DNA of 64,000 nucleotides from a virus. Taxonomy: Duplodnaviria; Caudoviricetes. Position 1 is the first letter of the stretch. The number at the start of each line of letters is the position of its first letter. The stretch lies in the IMG/VR virus record IMGVR_UViG_3300016486_001578; one strand, written 5' to 3'. This document shows, piece by piece, positions 59,684 through 64,000 of the stretch. The translations under genes were made by a program, and so were the position numbers. The notes under the pieces were generated by a model. That model was not told the origin of the DNA, made no database searches, and saw only the letters and a program-made list of their open reading frames with translations.

Positions 59684-59893
59684 ATGAAACTTAGAAATAA
59701 CGGAATAATAGAAAAAAGAGAATATGTTGGAAAAACATTAGAAAAAGCCAATGAATATGCTGAGGCTGGTGGATTTATTACTAGAATTGTTGAGAAAGAT
59801 GGTAATGCATTTGTTCTAACAATGGATGTTAAAACAAATAGACTCAATTTTAGAATAAAAAACGATAAAGTTATTGATGTATTTGGTGGTTAA
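59684..59893 (+). CDS. Potato-I/I78-like protease inhibitor fold protein
   Basis: YVGKT...LTMDVKTNRLNFRIKNDKVIDVFGG. Confidence 0.6.
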   Translation: MKLRNNGIIEKREYVGKTLEKANEYAEAGGFITRIVEKDGNAFVLTMDVKTNRLNFRIKNDKVIDVFGG

Positions 59894-59919
59894 TAAAAAC
59901 TTCCTTATATTTACATTAC

Positions 59920-60005
59920 AATAGTAGGTAAGTCCTGTTAAAGTGTGGTTGTGAGACATCTACCATAAATATATTTTGAATATATCACTCATAGGATCTA
60001 CTATT
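59920..60005 (+). ncRNA. Candidate structured small RNA
   Basis: AATAGTAGGT/ATCTACTATT, CCTGT/ATAGG and AGTG/CACT nested stems enclosing two hairpins. Confidence 0.4.
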
Positions 60006-60118
60006 TTTAAAATAAATTGAATTAAATTTTGATAATACAAAAACTTATATTACATTTGTAGTATAATAATAACAAAAAAGACAAAAAGAAAGAATTAACT
60101 TTTAATATATAAGAAACA

Positions 60119-60232
60119 ATGAGAGCAATTAACAAACATAAGCATTTTAGTAAGAAGTCATTTTTCTGGTTTAGAAACCAGGGTTCGGCAACAGATGCGT
60201 ATTGCTCTAATTTAAGTAAAACAGGAATGTAA
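60119..60232 (+). CDS. Leader peptide 1 (K/H/F/W-rich), MRAINKHKHFSKKSFFWFRNQGSATDAYCSNLSKTGM
   Basis: 37-aa ORF between promoter motifs and terminator; 11 of codons 6-18 are K/H/F/W. Confidence 0.85.
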   Translation: MRAINKHKHFSKKSFFWFRNQGSATDAYCSNLSKTGM

Positions 60233-60256
60233 ATATTTAAAATAGATATACAAATT

Positions 60257-60294
60257 AAACCCGGACAAATAAAATTGTCCGGGTTTTTTATTTT
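60257..60294 (+). terminator. Attenuator terminator before tRNA array 1
   Basis: AAACCCGGACAA-ATAAAA-TTGTCCGGGTTT plus T-tract. Confidence 0.9.
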
Positions 60295-60299
60295 AACTT

Positions 60300-60372
60300 A
60301 GACCCGTAGCTCAATCGGCAGAGCACCTGACTTTTAATCAGGGGGTAGTGGGATCGTAACCCACCGGGTCTA
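60300..60372 (+). tRNA. tRNA-Lys(TTT)
   Basis: Full cloverleaf; anticodon arm CCTGA-CTTTTAA-TCAGG; T-loop ATCGTAA. Confidence 0.92.
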
Positions 60373-60388
60373 CAAAAAAAAACACAAT

Positions 60389-60507
60389 GGTTGTGTAGCT
60401 CAGTTGGTAAATTGGCTTATCTTTCTTTTTAAAACCCTTTTATCATGAAGAGAGCGGGGGTGTGAAGTACCCTGACATTTGCTCCGGTTCGATTCCGGAC
60501 ATGACCA
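60389..60507 (+). tRNA. Atypical tRNA-Phe(GAA)-like gene with 42-nt insertion in the D-loop
   Basis: Acceptor GGTTGTG/CATGACC, D-stem GCTC/GAGC, anticodon arm GGGGT-GTGAAGT-ACCCT, T-arm TCCGG-TTCGATT-CCGGA. Confidence 0.65.
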
Positions 60508-60518
60508 CAAAAATATAC

Positions 60519-60591
60519 ACGGGCGTAGCTCAGCTGGTAGAGCAGTGGTCTCCAAAACCAAAGGTCGTAGGTTCGATCCCTACCGTTCGTG
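60519..60591 (+). tRNA. tRNA-Trp(CCA)
   Basis: Cloverleaf, loop CTCCAAA. Confidence 0.9.
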
Positions 60592-60601
60592 CAAAATATA
60601 T

Positions 60602-60675
60602 GGTGATTGTAGCTCAATTGGTAGAGCGCTCGATTGTGATTCGAGAGGCAGCGGGATCGTAACCCGTCTTTCACC
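60602..60675 (+). tRNA. tRNA-His(GTG)
   Basis: G-1, C discriminator, loop TTGTGAT; two T-T mismatches in the acceptor stem. Confidence 0.85.
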
Positions 60676-60682
60676 CAAATAT

Positions 60683-60755
60683 GGAACCTTGGCAGATTAG
60701 GTAATTGCGCCGGATTGAAGATCCGGATGACTCGGATCGTTACCGGGAGGTTCCA
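60683..60755 (+). tRNA. tRNA-Phe(GAA)
   Basis: Cloverleaf, CCGGA-TTGAAGA-TCCGG. Confidence 0.9.
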
Positions 60756-60765
60756 CAAAAAAAAT

Positions 60766-60837
60766 ACGTCTGTGGTGTAGTTGGTAACATTTTAGTCTCC
60801 AAAACTAAAGTCTTCGGTTCGAGCCCGAACAGGCGTG
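60766..60837 (+). tRNA. tRNA-Trp(CCA)
   Basis: Cloverleaf, TTAGT-CTCCAAA-ACTAA. Confidence 0.9.
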
Positions 60838-60859
60838 CTATTTAATAATAATAAAAAAT

Positions 60860-60905
60860 ACGTGAGTGAGCGTAGGTTAAGTCGGCAGGATTCCAACCCC
60901 TCGCC
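60860..60905 (+). pseudogene. Possible 5' fragment of a tRNA (Trp-like, loop TTCCAAC)
   Basis: Starts ACGTG like the neighbouring Trp tRNAs; no T-arm or 3' acceptor strand. Confidence 0.3.
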
Positions 60906-60910
60906 GTTAG

Positions 60911-61108
60911 AGTTTTGAAAATAATAAACACTCTATTGATACCAAAAATAAAATGAGCGAAAAGGCCAAATTAAGAATTGGTGAAAAAAATTCATCATTT
61001 GGAACTTGTTGGATAACTAAAAATGGTGTTAATAAGAAAATAAAAAAAGAATTAATTCAAACATACAAAAAGGATGGTTGGATAAAAGGTAGAATAATAA
61101 ATAAATAA
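60911..61108 (+). pseudogene. Remnant of a Seg-like homing endonuclease (NUMOD3 plus C-terminal DNA-binding part)
   Basis: KHSIDTKNKMSEK...GEKNSSFGTCWIT...GWIKGR*; no catalytic N-terminus. Confidence 0.7.
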
Positions 61109-61114
61109 ATAATT

Positions 61115-61188
61115 GCGCTTGTAACTCAGTTGGTAGAGTACCTGGCTTTTAACCAGGGAGTCGTCGGGTTCGAGTCCCACCGGGCGCA
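61115..61188 (+). tRNA. tRNA-Lys(TTT)
   Basis: Cloverleaf CCTGG-CTTTTAA-CCAGG; one bulged C in the T-stem. Confidence 0.88.
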
Positions 61189-61261
61189 CAAAAATTATGT
61201 GTTTGAACTTACAGTTTGAGATTTACACAGTACCTAAAATCTAAGTAAACTGGAGAAATAT

Positions 61262-61340
61262 ACGGGTATCGTCTAAGCAAAGACACTTCGTACAAGCGAA
61301 GAAATAGGATGCATTTTAGGTTCAAGTCCCCTCGCCCGTG
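61262..61340 (+). other. Degenerate tRNA-like element
   Basis: ACGGGT/GCCCGT ends, GTCT/AGAC stem, CTTCG/CGAAG stem with 6-nt loop, GGTTCAAGTCC. Confidence 0.4.
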
Positions 61341-61373
61341 CTAAAAACAAAATTAACTTTTAATATATAGTAT

Positions 61374-61628
61374 ATGAAACATTTAGAAAAATTTAAAATG
61401 ATAAAGGAAAGTAAGCTATCGGTGTATAAAGATGTTTGGGCTATTATAAAATATGATGATTTTGAAATACATGAAGTATATCTTAAAAAAGAAGAAGCAG
61501 AACTCGATTGTATAAAAAAGAATGAAGAACTAGAAAAACTTAGTCATATTAAACATAGATATGAAGTTAAGTCATTAGATGATGCAATAGATATCATAAA
61601 AGATAGTGTCAGGGGTGATGTTTATTAA
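61374..61628 (+). CDS. Small protein, MKHLEKF...ES N-terminal motif
   Basis: ORF after late motif. Confidence 0.7.
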   Translation: MKHLEKFKMIKESKLSVYKDVWAIIKYDDFEIHEVYLKKEEAELDCIKKNEELEKLSHIKHRYEVKSLDDAIDIIKDSVRGDVY

Positions 61629-61641
61629 AAAATAAAATTAT

Positions 61642-61836
61642 ATGAAACATATAGAAAAATTTAATGAGAATTCCTCTATGAAAACTGAGGAAGAAATAAG
61701 AGAAGAAATAGCCAATTCTATTGGATATGACCTTAAATATTGGTTGGAAAATTGCACAGCACTTGGTAGAGACGCCTATGGCGCATATATCGATAAGGCA
61801 ATTAAATCTATTCAGAATAAAATAATAAAAGGATAA
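61642..61836 (+). CDS. Small protein, MKHIEKFNEN N-terminal motif
   Basis: ORF. Confidence 0.65.
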   Translation: MKHIEKFNENSSMKTEEEIREEIANSIGYDLKYWLENCTALGRDAYGAYIDKAIKSIQNKIIKG

Positions 61837-61839
61837 AAT

Positions 61840-62151
61840 TTGAAACATCTAAAACCATTCAATGAATCAAAATATAATGATATCGTAGATGATATTTTTT
61901 AGAATTAAAAGACTCTGGTTTTGAAATATGGCACTTAGATGATAAGCATGGACATGAAGTAGTAATAAGAAGAAATTAAAATTATATCTAGTGATGGTGA
62001 AGTGATGATTGATTTGTTTGATTATTTAAGAAACAAAGATTTTGAAAAAATAAAAGTTCTTACTACTACACACCTACATACAAAGAAAGAAGGAAAAAGA
62101 GGAATTATTGATTTGGAAAATTTAAAATATGTAATTATTCAATTTAAATAG
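61840..62151 (+). pseudogene. Small protein (MKHLKPFNES, TTG start) with two apparent frameshifts
   Basis: Continuous protein-like reading is restored by shifts near 61897 and 61968. Confidence 0.5.
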
Positions 62152-62223
62152 AAAAAAATTAGGAAATAACAAAAACAAGTATTACATTTATAATATATAT
62201 AGTAACAATAAGAAAATAAAACA

Positions 62224-62301
62224 ATGAATAACATAAACAACATATCGAATAGTTCTAGTCGTAGTTCGCTAAAAATTAGTGAGGGTTGTTCGTATTTGTA
62301 A
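62224..62301 (+). CDS. Leader peptide 2 (Ser/Arg), MNNINNISNSSSRSSLKISEGCSYL
   Basis: 25-aa ORF; control stretch TCG AAT AGT TCT AGT CGT AGT TCG. Confidence 0.85.
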   Translation: MNNINNISNSSSRSSLKISEGCSYL

Positions 62302-62325
62302 TATTCGTATAAAAAAGATATTTAT

Positions 62326-62357
62326 AAAGACCCTCTAATTTATTAGAGGGTTTTTTT
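62326..62357 (+). terminator. Attenuator terminator before tRNA array 2
   Basis: AAAGACCCTCTAA-TTTA-TTAGAGGGTTTTTTT. Confidence 0.9.
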
Positions 62358-62365
62358 GTTTTTAT

Positions 62366-62442
62366 GCCTTAGTATCAGCACCGAATACGAATCGGTAGTC
62401 TTGTAATGGATGAAAATGTGGGTTCGACTCCTACCTAAGGTT
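62366..62442 (+). tRNA. D-armless tRNA-Arg(ACG)-like RNA
   Basis: Acceptor GCCTTAG/CTAAGGT, 7-nt linker in place of the D-arm, ACCGA-ATACGAA-TCGGT, 21-nt variable region, T-arm GTGGG-TTCGACT-CCTAC. Confidence 0.65.
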
Positions 62443-62449
62443 CAAGTTA

Positions 62450-62641
62450 GTTAAACGTAAGGATAACTCTAAAATATGTAACGATTGTAGGTCGATTAAT
62501 AATAGGAAAGTTAAAAGACCATCATATGAAGAATTAAAAGAAGAAATTAAAATATCAAATTATACAAAGATGGGTAAAAAATATGGAGTTAGTGATGTCT
62601 CTATAAAAAAATGGATTAAAAATTATGAAAAAATGAAATAA
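62450..62641 (+). pseudogene. Remnant of an HNH-type homing endonuclease C-terminus (CxxC plus HTH)
   Basis: CNDC...RKVKRPSYEEL...GKKYGVSDVSIKKW; no start codon. Confidence 0.6.
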
Positions 62642-62660
62642 AATTAGTCACAAAAAAATT

Positions 62661-62748
62661 GGAAATGAAAGCAGTGCCATGGAGGTGCGACTAGTCTTGA
62701 AAACTAGGTCTCGTTAAATCGGGTGGGGGTCGGTTCCTCTCATTTCCG
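62661..62748 (+). tRNA. tRNA-Ser(TGA), 8/4 type
   Basis: GGAAATGA/TCATTTCC, CTAGT-CTTGAAA-ACTAG, long variable arm. Confidence 0.8.
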
Positions 62749-62759
62749 CAAATAAATAA

Positions 62760-62843
62760 GGAAGAGTAATTAAACAGGTGTTTGACCTCGTTTTGAAAAC
62801 GAGTGGTACTTTACGGTATGGGGATCGGGACCTCACTCTTCCG
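62760..62843 (+). tRNA. tRNA-Ser(TGA), 8/4-compatible
   Basis: GGAAGAGT/ACTCTTCC, D-arm TTAAAC-AGGT-GTTTGA, CTCGT-TTTGAAA-ACGAG. Confidence 0.82.
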
Positions 62844-62848
62844 CACAT

Positions 62849-62932
62849 AGAGAGTAATCTAGTCTGGTGACTAGGGCCGCCTGCTAAGCGTGTCGCACCT
62901 TCGGGTGTGGGGTTCAATTCCTCTACTCTCTG
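62849..62932 (+). tRNA. tRNA-Ser(GCT), 8/4 type
   Basis: AGAGAGTA/TACTCTCT, D-arm CTAGTC-TGGT-GACTAG, loop CTGCTAA, TTCG-capped variable arm. Confidence 0.82.
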
Positions 62933-62936
62933 CTAT

Positions 62937-63027
62937 GGAAGTTATGGTGTATTAGGTAATACTTCTTGTTTGGAAAACAAGAACCCGTGTAATGGCGGGC
63001 CCGTTTCGACTACGGTGACTTCCTCCA
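62937..63027 (+). tRNA. tRNA-Ser(GGA), 8/4 type, CCA encoded
   Basis: GGAAGTTA/TGACTTCC, T-stem CCGT/ACGG, CTTGT-TTGGAAA-ACAAG. Confidence 0.82.
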
Positions 63028-63109
63028 AATTAGAGGCTCATGAGGGCTTGTTTTCATTTCTATTTATGGGACAATATCAGATATAAAAAGAAAAAGAAAA
63101 TAAATACAT

Positions 63110-63199
63110 AGAAGTGTACTCAAATTGGTAAAGAGGGCAGTTTGCTAAACTGTTAGGCCGGTTAATAACTGGTGCGGGGTTCGAACCCCTCCATTTCTG
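63110..63199 (+). tRNA. tRNA-Ser(GCT), canonical type
   Basis: AGAAGTG/CATTTCT, GCAGT-TTGCTAA-ACTGT, long variable arm. Confidence 0.88.
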
Positions 63200-63234
63200 C
63201 TTATTTTTAAATATTTTTCCTTATCTTTAATGAT

Positions 63235-63462
63235 ATGAAGAGAGTTAAATGTATAAAGAACTTTTATAAAAGTACTTACGGAGATAAAATATTATTTGAA
63301 GATGGTAAAGAATATTACCAATTAACTGATTTTGTATCAGATGGATTAAAGTTTGTTTGTATAAAATCACCTCATATGTTGGGTAAGGGCATTGTTGAAT
63401 TTGCTTTGGTTGAAAAAACTGATACATATTTATTATTTAAAGATTACTTTGTAAGTATCTAA
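63235..63462 (+). CDS. Hypothetical protein
   Basis: 75-aa ORF. Confidence 0.6.
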   Translation: MKRVKCIKNFYKSTYGDKILFEDGKEYYQLTDFVSDGLKFVCIKSPHMLGKGIVEFALVEKTDTYLLFKDYFVSI

Positions 63463-63848
63463 TTAAGTGACTCATATATTATACTATCATCATAATCAAC
63501 AGAATAATCATCGAACCAAGATACATATTCACTTAGTGTTCCTTTTGAAAATTCAAGAATTTCACCATTTAATGTTACCCAATGATGTGTGAATTCCTTA
63601 CCATCATATTCTTCATCTTTACCACAATTTTGTTCAATTCTTATATTTCCGAATTGTTTTTTAATACCCTTTATTCCCAATCTCATAATAGATGATACTA
63701 TTGATTGACAATCACCAATTTCTTGGTTATCTATTAATCTATCCCAACCACAATCAGCATCATTCATAAGATGAATTTTTATTTCATTTATTATGAATTT
63801 TTTGTAAATATCATCACCATGATTCTCAAATAATTTAATATATTTCAT
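63459..63848 (-). CDS. Hypothetical protein, MKYIKLFEN motif; possible Cys-His (transglutaminase-like) fold
   Basis: GDCQ...HHWV...ILEF pattern. Confidence 0.6.
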   Translation of the reverse strand: MKYIKLFENHGDDIYKKFIINEIKIHLMNDADCGWDRLIDNQEIGDCQSIVSSIMRLGIKGIKKQFGNIRIEQNCGKDEEYDGKEFTHHWVTLNGEILEFSKGTLSEYVSWFDDYSVDYDDSIIYESLN

Positions 63849-63851
63849 TTC

Positions 63852-64000
63852 TTAATACATTTCATTTGCTGATATAGTGCTTATAAAATCACTTATTTGT
63901 TCGGGTTGAAAGCCGTAATCACTTGGTCCTAATTCAGAGCCAAATCCAATATTCATCATATCATAAAAACTATCATATCCCCAGGCCGGGTAATTTAAAT
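63852..64000 (-). CDS. 3' end of a gene running in from the right edge
   Basis: Open frame ...YPAWGYDSFYDMMNIGFGSELG...NEMY*. Confidence 0.6.
   Translation of the reverse strand, partial: LNYPAWGYDSFYDMMNIGFGSELGPSDYGFQPEQISDFISTISANEMY

Noticed and set aside
60407-60450. GT...AG spliceosomal-like intron in the Phe-like tRNA
   Set aside because: Bacterial context, and removal at those ends would destroy the D-loop GG.
60429-62917. ORFs called over the tRNA arrays (60429-60758, 60462-60662, 60479-60700, 62714-62917) and the many short antisense ORFs inside large genes
   Set aside because: Shadow frames of tRNA genes or of the real CDSs.
1-64000. Stop-codon recoding (TAG/TGA) as in some huge phages
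   Set aside because: Long ORFs are intact in code 11, TAG and TGA end genes normally, and no suppressor tRNA was found.

Overview
AT-rich (standard code 11) segment of a large 'jumbo/huge' dsDNA phage, probably infecting Bacteroidota (TAnnTTTG promoter boxes, Bacteroidota-type bS21). It carries large putative virion proteins, DNA repair/replication genes (SbcC/Rad50, NAD ligase, ligase-like NTase, Toprim, Dam), translation and proteostasis genes (bS21, S1-like, bL12-like, SmpB, YqeY, DnaJ, thioredoxin, peptidases), an ECF sigma factor, PhoH, PurN, CoaE and two tRNA arrays. Main observations: (1) each tRNA array sits behind an unannotated leader peptide plus attenuator whose control codons match the downstream tRNAs (K/H/F/W leader before Lys/His/Phe/Trp tRNAs; S/R leader before Ser/Arg tRNAs), suggesting tRNA-depletion-sensing backup tRNA operons; (2) several of these tRNAs are structurally non-canonical (8/4 tRNA-Ser, D-armless Arg(ACG), Phe with a 42-nt D-loop insert, A54-T58 T-loops); (3) SbcC/Rad50 is a fractured gene, split in Walker A by an atypically split intein with a free-standing endonuclease between the halves; (4) a ~28-kb inversion (~30475-58484) breaks two genes, and both are restored in frame by flipping it. 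Several single-base frameshifts, mostly in homopolymers, look like sequencing errors. All calls come from reading the sequence by eye; no searches were run.
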